Below, in pieces: positions 8,172 through 18,240 of a stretch of 64,000 nucleotides of DNA (the first letter of the stretch is position 1; each line of letters opens with the position of its first letter). The stretch covers positions 1 to 64,000 of the forward strand of contig CAVTLK010000005.1 in NCBI GenBank assembly GCA_963735595.1, written 5' to 3'. The notes under the pieces were generated by a model. It was not told the DNA's origin. It did not search any database and saw nothing but the letters and a program-made list of their open reading frames with translations. The position numbers and the translations under genes were made by a program. The stretch is from an uncultured delta proteobacterium (GTDB lineage Bacteria; Desulfobacterota; Zymogenia; Zymogenales; Zymogenaceae).

Positions 8172-9361
8172 AGATGATGCTTACCGAGATGAGGCGCCAG
8201 GCCACCGAGGCGCTTTCGGCAAAGGCCGACGCGCGCGCTTTATGGTTCGCCGAGTGGGCCAAGCTCTTCCTGGCGGCATACGACACGGACCGGCCCGTTG
8301 TCTATACGTCGCTTTACGCCTTCCCCATGGAAATCCTGCATTCGTGCGACGTTGCCCCCTTCGACTTTGAGCTGGGCGCATCCATGCTGCTTACGCTTCC
8401 TATCGGGGCCGACCTCATCGGCGAGGCGGAAACGCGGGGCTATCCGGCCGATATCTGCTCGTTTCATCGGGCATCGCTGGCTTCCTACTATCGAGACTAT
8501 TTCCCAAAACCCGACCTGTTGATCACGACCTCATTTTACTGCGCCGGCAAGCCAAGGACCAGCGAGATCCTCTCGCGCCTCTACGACAGGCCGGGCCGCC
8601 TCCTGTCGGTCCCCCAGGAGATAACCGCCGAATCGATCCGCTACGTCTCCGGCCAGCTCAGGCTGATCGCTCAAGACGTCTCCGCGCTGACGGGGTCGCC
8701 GTTTGACGAGGACCGGCTCAGGGAGGCGGTAAAAAACTCCAATCGTGCGCGCGCCTCGCACCTGGCGCTGCTGGATCTGCTCAAGCACCGTCCGGCTCCC
8801 TGGGGCGGAAACCAGCTCGTCAACTACTCGATCTTCTCAAGAATGTTTGACGGATCTCCGGTGCTCGGCGATATCCATGAGGCGTTCATCGGAAAACTGA
8901 AGGCGCGCATCGAGGGCGGCAAGCTGCGACCTGAGCGGCACCGCGTATTCTGGTACGCCTGGGTGCCGACCTACAACAGCGGGATCTTCGAGACCCTTAC
9001 GCGGCACGAGGTGTCGGTGCCGGTCTGCGAGACCTTCCTGATGCATTGGGACGAGATTGACGAACGTAATCCCTTCGAGGGGCTTGCCCTCAGGTGCCTG
9101 AAGGACCCCTTCGTGGGGCGGACGGAGAGACGGACCGATCTCCTCGATACGATCGCCGATCAATTCGGGATAGATGGGGCGATACTCTTTGCCACCCCCG
9201 CCTGCCGGAACTCCAAAACGAACTGGGCTATCATGCGGCAGGCCGCACGCGCGCGCGGTATCCCACTTCTGGTGCTCGATATGGATATCGGCGATCCGAG
9301 GGCGTACGCGGAACGACAGACGCGCACCCGGATCGAGGCGTTTCTGGAAACCCTGAGTTGA
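8165..9361 (+). CDS. 2-hydroxyacyl-CoA dehydratase family subunit (HgdA/FldB/BcrB-like)
   Basis: GYPADICSFHR, PKPDLL..TS.YC, DEDRLREAVKNSN, DGAILF...ACR, TRIEAFLETL; overlaps upstream stop. Confidence 0.88.
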   Translation: MLKMMLTEMRRQATEALSAKADARALWFAEWAKLFLAAYDTDRPVVYTSLYAFPMEILHSCDVAPFDFELGASMLLTLPIGADLIGEAETRGYPADICSFHRASLASYYRDYFPKPDLLITTSFYCAGKPRTSEILSRLYDRPGRLLSVPQEITAESIRYVSGQLRLIAQDVSALTGSPFDEDRLREAVKNSNRARASHLALLDLLKHRPAPWGGNQLVNYSIFSRMFDGSPVLGDIHEAFIGKLKARIEGGKLRPERHRVFWYAWVPTYNSGIFETLTRHEVSVPVCETFLMHWDEIDERNPFEGLALRCLKDPFVGRTERRTDLLDTIADQFGIDGAILFATPACRNSKTNWAIMRQAARARGIPLLVLDMDIGDPRAYAERQTRTRIEAFLETLS

Positions 9362-9371
9362 GGAGGCAGAG

Positions 9372-9875
9372 ATGAACACGGTTGAGGGAGCGCAGCTCAA
9401 GGAGCTCCTCATCAAGAACTGGATGACCCACGATGCCATGTGGCTCTATCACTCCGTACGAGAATTCGGCATGGAAAAAACCAATATCGTCAACAAGGCG
9501 GCGGTACGGTCGATGGCCGGCATCGAGATAAAACGCATCAAGAAGGCCCTCGGCGTCGAAAGCATCGAGACCTTTGAGCAGTTCAGGGAATTCTTTTCCG
9601 CCGCCATGGAGATCGTGCTCGGCGATTTCATGAAGTCCTCCTTCACGTTTCCGGCGCACAACCGGGTGCACGGGGAGTGGACGACCTGTTTCGCCTACGA
9701 CGGCCTGACGAAATACGGCATGATCGACCAGTACCGGTGCGGGATCATGGACCGGGTGGAGGGATGGTTTGACGCTCTGGGGATACCGTATACCGTCACC
9801 CCGAGGGTCGAAGGCTGCATGATGCACACCGACGGTCACTGCTATCGTGATTATCGGTTCGAATTCCCCGCATAA
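9372..9875 (+). CDS. DUF6125-like protein
   Basis: KNWMTHDAMW motif and Cys residues in the C-terminal half; GGAGG SD. Confidence 0.65.
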   Translation: MNTVEGAQLKELLIKNWMTHDAMWLYHSVREFGMEKTNIVNKAAVRSMAGIEIKRIKKALGVESIETFEQFREFFSAAMEIVLGDFMKSSFTFPAHNRVHGEWTTCFAYDGLTKYGMIDQYRCGIMDRVEGWFDALGIPYTVTPRVEGCMMHTDGHCYRDYRFEFPA

Positions 9876-9894
9876 CAATAGACAGGAGGATGCC

Positions 9895-10323
9895 ATGACG
9901 ATTACACAGGATATCTGGGACATGATGCAGAAACACCTCGGCTATACCGACGAGGAGATGAGGCTTTTTCGGGCCGACCCGAAAAACGAGCACATCATGA
10001 AGCTCTCCCCCGCGCTTATGAACAAGACCATCGTCTTCGAGGTGGTCAAATCCCAGGGGTGCAACAGCCAGCATAAGGTCGGCGACAAGTTCTATTTTGA
10101 CGGCGCCGGAAACCTCATCACGAAGCTCTGCCCCAAGCGGATATGCGTCTACGCCCTCAACGTCCTGGCCGTCCCGGTATTTGCGATGAATGAGCTCTTT
10201 TACGCCGGGGTCGATCCCAACCAGATGCGGTTCAAACGGGCCTCCTGCTTTGACGTGGGGGTGCGCTGCGGCGGGTGGGGGCAGATCGTCCTGGAGATGC
10301 GGGTAGAAGACCGCAAGCGATAA
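9895..10323 (+). CDS. Small Cys-rich protein (TIGR04076-like)
   Basis: GCNSQHKVGDKF, CPKRICVYAL, CFDVGVRCGGWG; AGGAGG SD. Confidence 0.6.
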   Translation: MTITQDIWDMMQKHLGYTDEEMRLFRADPKNEHIMKLSPALMNKTIVFEVVKSQGCNSQHKVGDKFYFDGAGNLITKLCPKRICVYALNVLAVPVFAMNELFYAGVDPNQMRFKRASCFDVGVRCGGWGQIVLEMRVEDRKR

Positions 10324-10371
10324 TAGACCGGTTAGGGCTTCAATGAACGGACCTATCCGGAGGAGGTTCCC

Positions 10372-12236
10372 ATGGCTAACTATATCGTTGATGAGCACGA
10401 CCAGGCGTTCGTCCTCTTCGAGCAGTTGAAGATGGACGAGCTGACGAAATTGCCGAAATACGCGGACTTTTCGAGAGAGATCTTCGACATGACGCTCGCG
10501 GAGGCCGGGAAGTTCGCGGTGGAGGTGCTGGAGCCCACCGTAGAGGCGGGGGAAAAGGAAGGGTGCTCCCTCGTCGACGGACAGGTGCATGTGCCGGCGG
10601 CCTATCACGAGCCCTACCGGCTATTTACGGAGGGCGGATGGATTCTGATGTCCCAGGACCCCGCCGTGGGCGGACAGGGTATGCCCTATCTCCTCTACGT
10701 GGCCACGCGGGAGTATTTCAACTGCAACTGCGCCTTTAACGCTTATCCGGGGCTTGCCGAGGGTGTGGCCCAGCTGATCGCGGCCTTCGGCACCGAGGGC
10801 CAGAAGTCGAAATACCTGGAAAATCTGCTGTCCGGCAGATGGGGGGAACGATGGTGCTAACGGAGCCCAACGCCGGCACCGACGTGGGGTCGCTGACCAC
10901 GACCGCTAAAAAAAACGCGGACGGCTCGTACCTGATCTCCGGCACGAAGATCTTCATAACCGGCGGGGACCAGGACCTCACCGAAAACATCGTCCACCCG
11001 GTGTTGGCGCGCATCGAGGGGGCGCCGGCCGGTACCAAGGGGATATCGTTGTTTCTCGTCCCGAAATACCTCGTTAACGACGATGGGACATTGGGGCGGC
11101 GAAACGACTATACGATCGGCGGACTGGAAAAGAAGATGGGTTTCAAGGGTTCGGCAACCTGCCTCATGAATTTCGGCGATAGCGGGAACTGTTACGGCGA
11201 GCTTCTCGGCGAGGAGAACCAGGGGATGCGCATCATGTTCGTCATGATGAACGAGGCGCGTATCGCCGTGGGTGTCATGGGCCTGGCGGCGGCCTCCCGC
11301 TCCTACCTCTATTCGGTCAAATACGCGCGGGAGCGGCTGCAGGGCGCGAGCCTCACCAACTTCCGGGACCCGGAGGCGCCGAGGGTGCCGATCATTAACC
11401 ATCCGGACGTGCGCAGGATGCTCTTGTGGATGAAGTCAGTGGTCGAGGGCCTGAGGGCGCTTATCTATTACACCGCCTACTGCGAGGACCGCGCCCGGGC
11501 GGCCCAGTCCGATGAGGAGCGAGAAAAGTGGCACGGGTTCGTGGAGCTCTTAACCCCGGTCGTCAAGTCTTACGGCTCGGACATGGGCTTTTTCGTGGCC
11601 AACCAGGGGGTCCAGGTCTACGGGGGATACGGCTACATCGCCGACTACCCGATGGAGCAGATCCTCCGGGATTCCCGCATCGCCCCGCTGTTTGAGGGGA
11701 CCAACGGCATACAGGCGCTGGACCTGGTCGCGCGAAAACTCGGCCAGAAAAGGGGGAAAGTCTTTATCGACTTCATAGACGAGATGAGGCGCGTGATCGC
11801 CGAAAACGCGCCGGACGGCGCGCTGGTGGACCTCGTGGGAAAGCTCAAAACGGCAATCGGTCTGTTATCGGAAGTAAGCGGCTTCTTTGCGCGGTGTTCT
11901 GTCGAAGGGAAGTTTTTAATCCCGATCGGAAACGCCTACCCGTTTCTGAATCTCATGGCGATCGTCATCTCGTCCTGGATGCTCGTGTGGCAGGCGGCCC
12001 TCGCCCAAAAAAGACTGGAGGCGCTCGCGGCCGAAAAGGGCGCCGACCCCGGCAACTGGGAACAATGGGCGCGGTTTATTGCGGATAACCCCGACGCCTC
12101 GTTTTACTCGGGGAAGATCACGACGGCAAAATTCTACCTGAATCACGTCCTGCCGGAGGCCGATGCAATCGCACAGGCAATCCGGTCGGAGGATATGTCG
12201 ATTATGGAGATGGCCGAAAGCTCGTTTGCCCCGTAG
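10372..12236 (+). CDS. Acyl-CoA dehydrogenase (one frameshift in the G-run at ~10841-10846)
   Basis: GGTMVLTEPNAGTDVG, GTKIFITGG, EKKMGFKGSAT, MMNEARI, QVYGGYGY, FEGTNGIQA. Confidence 0.92.
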
Positions 12237-12260
12237 CGCGGCCGGGGCGGCCGGTTTTGT

Positions 12261-12317
12261 TTGACAAAGTGAATATTGTTTACTATGATACCGCAGGCTC
12301 TCATGAACAATGCTCGT
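12261..12317 (+). promoter_or_regulatory. TetR gene promoter with operator in the spacer
   Basis: TTGACA-17-TATGAT; the spacer holds GTGAATATTGTTTAC, and a weaker copy ATGAACAATGCTCGT lies at 12303-12317. Confidence 0.7.
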
Positions 12318-12426
12318 TCACTCCCTGCGGAACCATATTTCTTCTCCGTCGGGGACTGACGACAGCACATACCGGACGACCGAATTTACAACCGATCGGA
12401 CTGTCGCCCGAGGGGGATATGATCGT

Positions 12427-13047
12427 ATGGCGAACCTCACCTTTGATGACCTCAAGGAGCAGGAACGGGAGGCCCGAAAGGAGCTGATCGTTCGGGTTAC
12501 CCAGACGCTGCTCTCGGAGAAAAACTTCAAAGGGGTCACCATCCGGGACATCGCCGAACAGGTCGGGGTGAGCCCCGCGACCCTTTACCGCTATTACGAG
12601 AGCCTCGACGAGATATTCCTTGCGGTCTTCTATCAAGGAACCCGCGAGATCGTGGAGCTTGTCCGGCACGAATGCACGGGCAACAACAGCGGCTCCATCA
12701 GGCGGCTGGCCGAGGTCTACATCGGCTACCTCAACAATAATCTTTCTTATTTCCAGATGATGAGCATGTTTGCGCCCCGGGGGATGATATCCGACCAGGA
12801 CGAAAAGATAATCAACCCCGTCATGAAGGAGCTGCTGGAACTCATCGAGGGGGTGATCGAGGGGGCGGGGTACAGGGGCGACCGTAAGCTCATGTCCCAC
12901 GCGTTTTTCTCGGCCCTCAACGGGATCATGACGACCTACGCACAGAATCCCGGGATGAGTTTAGAAGAGATACGGAACTATACGAAGATCCTGGCCGGCT
13001 TTATCGCCGACTTCTTCGAGATGGGGGCAAAGCGGGGGTATTACTGA
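12427..13047 (+). CDS. TetR/AcrR family transcriptional regulator
   Basis: HTH: VTIRDIAEQVGVSPATLYRYY. Confidence 0.9.
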   Translation: MANLTFDDLKEQEREARKELIVRVTQTLLSEKNFKGVTIRDIAEQVGVSPATLYRYYESLDEIFLAVFYQGTREIVELVRHECTGNNSGSIRRLAEVYIGYLNNNLSYFQMMSMFAPRGMISDQDEKIINPVMKELLELIEGVIEGAGYRGDRKLMSHAFFSALNGIMTTYAQNPGMSLEEIRNYTKILAGFIADFFEMGAKRGYY

Positions 13048-13162
13048 GCAGGCCTTCGGGGTTCGGCCTGAACCGCGGCACTCCACGTTATAAAACGGAT
13101 GCGACTGCCTCGGAGGACTTGAAGACTCAAACAGCCGGTATTATTTTACAGGCGATCAATGA

Positions 13163-13198
13163 GCGGGGGGGGAGTTACATCCCCCCTCGCATTTTATT
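13163..13198. terminator. Intrinsic terminator between convergent genes
   Basis: GCG-G-run-A / TCCCCCCTCGC stem followed by ATTTTATT. Confidence 0.6.
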
Positions 13199-13201
13199 CT
13201 G

Positions 13202-13283
13202 CCTAAGCCTGGCTGACTACATGGGGCTTCCCGACGTCTTATCCTGACGCCCGACGAGGCATCAGCGTCCTGGCCGCTCAAGG
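13202..13283 (-). ncRNA. Candidate structured RNA, resembling the Acido-Lenti-1 motif
   Basis: Minus strand CCAGGACG-CTGATGCC-TCGTCG-GGCGTCAG-GATAAGA-CGTC-GGG forms nested stems, with an outer CCTTGAGC/GCTTAGG pairing. Family assignment is from memory and not verified. Confidence 0.45.
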
Positions 13284-13295
13284 AAGCACGTATTA

Positions 13296-13676
13296 TCACC
13301 AGTCCCGACCGTGGCGCGGTGAGTATTCGTCGTCATACCTGTTCCATCTCGGATCATAGCGCCGATGGTCCCGGTCCCTGTCTCTGTCCCTATCCCTGTC
13401 CCGGTCGCGGTAGTAGCGATCGTCATCGTGGTTCCGGTTGTTCTGTTCTATCGTGTAGATAATCAACCCCCCGATGAGGACCCCAATGAGAACGTCCGTC
13501 GGGTTGTTCAAAACCGGCCCCCCGTACCCGTTGCCCGGAACCCCGGGAAGGCCCGTTCCGGGGAAGCGATTTCCGTTACCGCGCTCGGGCCCCTGCGCCA
13601 TGGCCGGGACAGAAAACAAAAGGGCAACGGCCGCAATCGTCGCTGCAACGGTGATCATTTTTTTCTTCGCGTTCAT
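13296..13676 (-). CDS. Small exported protein with a Gly-zipper-like segment and an Arg-Asp repeat tail
   Basis: Signal peptide ending AMA; hydrophobic IGVLIGGLII; (RD)n run. Confidence 0.7.
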   Translation of the reverse strand: MNAKKKMITVAATIAAVALLFSVPAMAQGPERGNGNRFPGTGLPGVPGNGYGGPVLNNPTDVLIGVLIGGLIIYTIEQNNRNHDDDRYYRDRDRDRDRDRDRDHRRYDPRWNRYDDEYSPRHGRDW

Positions 13677-14032
13677 TTCTATACCCCCTTTCTGAGTATG
13701 CGGTAACCCTCACAACTAATATAAACCGATCAAATCGTATATCCCTTCGGATTATTAAGAAAGAACCGGGATACTTCTAAATCCCTTCCTTTCCGCGCAT
13801 CCTGATATAAACGATGTAGTTGTGACTATTATGGATACCCAGGGGGAGCGTCGTACGCCCGATACGGGTTTTCGGTGCTATCCGCCGGCCGGGTAAAAAT
13901 GTGCCTCCCCTGATATTTTCTCCTTTTCTTATGGCGCTTTACACTATATTATGAGAAACCACAAACCGCCGCAAGGCGCCCGCAACCGACCGAAAGGCCG
14001 GTCTTCCGTATGGAAGCGCAGGAGTGAGATTC

Positions 14033-15477
14033 ATGAGCCAGCCGAATACCCCCTACCCGTTTCAAAAAGAATCCGTCAAGAAGGAGCTGATCACGGCCAT
14101 CGGGTCCCGGAAGGTCTCCGACTCATACGTTGACCGCCGTGTCTATTCACGGGACTCGATCGTCGCCTACACCTGCACGCTCCGAGAGGCGGACTGCCCG
14201 CCACCGCTGGCCGATATCGTGGTGTGGCCGGAGACGACCGGGGACGTGTCGGAGATCCTCAGGATCGCAAACGCCCGCCGGGTCCCGGTGACCCCGGTAT
14301 GCGGAGGGGCCCAGGGAAGCGGGAGCACGCTGCCCCTGTTCGGGGGGATCGTGGTGGACGTCAAGTCGCTCGATCGGGTCATCGACGTCGATACCGACAA
14401 CCATACGGTGACGGCCCAGGCCGGCCTCATCGGCCACGAGCTGGAGGCCAGGCTCAATACCGTCGGCTACACCCTGAACCATTTCCCCCAGTCGGAACAC
14501 ATCAGCGGGATCGGCGGGTTCCTTTCGGCCCGGAGCGCGGGGGCGCTCTCCACGAAATACGGCAAGATCACCGAGATGGTGCTGGGCATGGAGGTGGTGC
14601 TTCCCAACGGTAAAGTCATTCGGACAAAGGCGGTCCCCAATTCGGCCGCCGGCCCGAACTTCAACTACCTCTTTATGGGGGCCGAGGGAACGCTGGGCAT
14701 CATCACCGAGGCGACGCTGAGGATATCGCCCCTGCCGGAGGCCCGGCGTTTTCAGGGCCTGCTCTTTTCAGACCTCCCGACCGCCATGAACGCAGCCCGC
14801 CTCATCATGCGCAGGGGGCTCGAGGCCCGCGTTCATGAGGAGTATCCGACGAGATGGAGACCACCTATTTCCACAAGCGTGAGGGCTCCCAGATGATCCT
14901 CATGTTCGACGGGTTCGAGGAGCTGTGCGAGCTGGAGCGGCGCGAGGCCCTTTCGATCGCCCACGGACTTGCCGGATCAGACCTGGGTGAGGGGCCGGCC
15001 CGGGAATGGTGGGAACACAAGCGGTTTTCCATCGCCTTTCCGAGCAGCACCCACCCGCTGTTCGGTATCCCGACCCCGGGGCACCTGAGGATTTCGGGAT
15101 GCATCGATTCGGCGGGCACGTTCGACTATCTTGTCAAGGTCCAGCGGGGGCTTTCCGAGATCACGCGCGAGATGCAGATGTTCCTGGGCGCCCATTTTTC
15201 CCACTTCTATCCCACCGGGGGGATGATCTACCCCACCTTTGTGGCCGAGGTGAAAAAGGGGGAGGAGTGCGCCCGGGCCTACAACGAGGTCTGGCGGCGG
15301 GGGATCGAGCTGTCGCACAGCCTCGGGGGCACCATCAATCATCACCACGGGATCGGGCTAAACCTCGGCAAATATATGCACCTTGAGCTCGGGGAGGCGG
15401 GCATGGAGAACTTCAGGAAGATTAAACAGGCCATGGACCCCAACAATATCATGAACCCCGGAAAGCTCGGGCTGTAA
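14033..15477 (+). CDS. FAD-binding oxidoreductase, alkyl-dihydroxyacetonephosphate synthase-like (frameshifted at ~14820-14850)
   Basis: HFPQS..S.IGG..S.RSAG..STKYGKI, GAEGTLGIITEA, HFSHFYPTG..IY.TF, GGTINHHHGIG, DPNNIMNPGKL. Confidence 0.85.
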
Positions 15478-15508
15478 CCGACCGACGACCACCCCTAAGG
15501 AGCGCGCG

Positions 15509-16634
15509 ATGGCTGATTTGCAGGAAAAGACCCGCCTCTGCTCGGTCTGCTATAAGATGTGCCGGGACGTCTGTTCGGTTGCCGGCGCCACCCGTCACGA
15601 GGCCGACTCTCCCCACAACCGGGGCTTTTTCGCCCAGGGGATCGCCGAGGGGAAAGAACGGCTGAACAAAGAGATCGTCGACTATTTCTTCCGTTGTTCT
15701 ATGTGCAAGGCATGCCGCGAGGCGTGCGAAACGGGGATGGACACCAGCGAGATCATGCTGGCCGCCCGCCGGGACCTGGACGAGGGCTTGCTGCCCGAAA
15801 CGGTGCGGGCGGTACAGCAGGCCGTCATATCGGGGACTTACTGGGGAAAGGACTCCGCCGAGGTTCAAGAGCTTCTTTCAAACCGCGCGCCGCGCGTAAG
15901 ATTCGTCCGTGCTCTTCTATTTCGGACGGCGGCTTCGCGCTCGACCGGCGGTGATTACATCCGGAGCGCCCTTTCGGTCATGGATAGACTCGGGGTCAAG
16001 GGCGGCGTCCTGTCCGACGATCCCAGCAGCGGCCAGATCGCCCATTTCCTCGGGTTTACCGACGGCGGCCAAACGGCTCGGGACGGCGTTTTCGGAGGCA
16101 ATCGTAAAATCGGGCGCCCGGACGGTCGTGGTCTTTAACGCCGACGACCTCCGGATGATACAAAAGGAATACCCGGTGCTGGGCGTTACGATGCCGGATA
16201 TCGCCGTCGTGAGCCTGCCCGAGTTCCTCCTCGGACTGCTTGACGAAAAGAAGCCCGCCCTCAAAAAGTGGGACGGCGGGGTCGTCACCTATCACGACCC
16301 GTGCGGGCTCGGCCGCGAGATGAGGGTGTTCGAGGCGCCGCGGGCGATCATCAAATCGGCGGCGGCCGGGCAGTTCAGGGAAATGGCGCTGACACGCGAC
16401 AAGGCACCCTGCTGCGGCTGGGGAATGGGGCTCGAGATAAGCCATCCCGAGATTGCCCGGCTCATGGGGGCGCGGCTGGCAGCGATGGCTCAAGAGATCG
16501 GCGCCGATACGCTGGTCACGGGATGCCCGACCTGCCGGGAGGTTATCGTGAACAGCCTCGATGCCGACCCGCCGCAGGCCGGGGAAGTCCGGGTGATCGA
16601 TCTCGTCCAATTTATCGAGCGGGTGCTGCCGTGA
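15509..16634 (+). CDS. (Fe-S)-binding protein with CCG domains (GlcF/GlpC/HdrD-like), frameshifted
   Basis: CSVCYKMCRDVC, CSMCKACREAC, TYHDPCGLGR, CCGWG, TGCPTC. Confidence 0.85.
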
Positions 16635-18184
16635 GCAAGAAGCGCGGACCTGATCCTTGCCATAGACAGCGGCACCCAGAACGTCAAGGCGGTGGTCTTC
16701 GATCTGCGACGGGAGGGTGCTGGCGCTATCGCGGCTGGCCCACGAGCCGGACAGCGCGCCCTATCCCCGGTGGGTGGAGCACGACGCCGGGGACTACTGG
16801 GAGAAGATGTGCCGGGCGACGAGAGAGGCCCTGACGGCCCTCGGGCCTGACGTGGCCGACATCAGGGCGGTGGGGCTTACCTCCCAGCGGGGCACCACCA
16901 TTCCCGGTGGACGCCGACGGCAACGTGCTGAGGCCCGCGATCGTCTACCTGGATAACCGCGTCACCGAGGGGCTTGCCCCGGTCGGGGGATTCTGGGGCC
17001 TATTCTTTGCCGCCATCGGCAGGAAGACCGCCATCCAGTACGTCCGGTCTCACTCCCGGTTCCTCTGGATCAAGACCAACCAGCCCGAGATCTACGCCCG
17101 GACGCGCACGTTCTTCCAGGTCGCGAGCTTCCTTAACTTCCGCCTGACCGGGCGCACAAACGAATCGATCGGGATGATGGTGGGGATGTTCCCGCTGGAC
17201 TATAAGAAGCTCACCTTCTATCCGCACAAAGGGATACACGACGTTTTCGGGGTTACGCCGGAAAGGCTCCCGGAGCTGATGCGGCCCCTGAGCGTAACGG
17301 GGCACGTCACCAGGGCGGCGTCGAAAGAGACCATGATCCCGGAGGGGCTGCCGGTGATCGTCGGGGGGGGAGACGTGCAGGCGGGGGTGGTCGGCATGGG
17401 GGTAACCGGCGAGGATGAGGCGGCGCTTGTCCTGGGGACCACGATCGACTTTGACATCCCGACCAGGCGGTTTATCAATGACCAGAAGCTCCGGTTCCTC
17501 TGCTGGCCGGCGGCGCTTCCCGATGCCTACATCCTCGAATCGGGGGTGGGCGGGGGGTTCGTTACGGTCACCTGGTTCACCAACGAGCTGGCCTACCGCG
17601 AAACAGAGCTGTCCAAGAAACGGGGAGTATCTCCCGAAGAGCTGCTGGACGAGGCCGTCAAGGATATCCCCGCCGGGTCGCTGGGCCTCATGGTGCAGCC
17701 CTACTGGACGCCGCCGTTTCACCGGGAGGCCGCGCGCGGGGCGATTGTCGGCCTGACGATGGCGCATTCCCGTGCGCACATCTACCGCGCGATCCTGGAA
17801 GGGTTCGCCTACGAGATAAGGGCCGGCTACGAGGTCATGGCCGGGAAAACCGGGGTCCCTATCAGGGAGATACGTGTATCGGGAGGGGGGTCTAAGAGTG
17901 ACGCGATCCTCTCGATCGTCGCCGACGTCCTCGGGGTGCCGGCGCTCAGGATGGAGGTCCAGGAGTCTTCGGCGCTGGGGGCGGCGATCTGCGCGGCGGC
18001 CGGCTCAGGGATTTTTCCGACCGTCGAAGAGGCGGTAGCGCGGATGGTCCATACCAGGCAGCGCTTTGAGCCCAATCCGAAAAATCGGGCGGTCTACGAA
18101 ACCATGTACCGCTGTTATGGGGACTTTTACCCCCGGGTGGGCGATCTCTACCAAGAAACGGAGGCAATTGCTTCCGATAGATAA
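16631..18184 (+). CDS. FGGY-family carbohydrate kinase (frameshifts in the 5' part)
   Basis: ILAIDSGTQNVKAVVFD, VGLTSQRGT, GGGDVQAG, IRVSGGGSKS, SSALGAA. Confidence 0.88.
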
Positions 18185-18240
18185 CGGGAGACGGAGGCGA
18201 TTGCCTTCCGTAGGCAATAACCATCACTGTGAGGTGCGCC

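Noticed and set aside
13229..13275. Hammerhead ribozyme or ZTP riboswitch
   Set aside because: CTGATG is present but not the CUGAnGA/GAAA core; the 3' end does not match the ZTP consensus, and the element is not in a 5' leader
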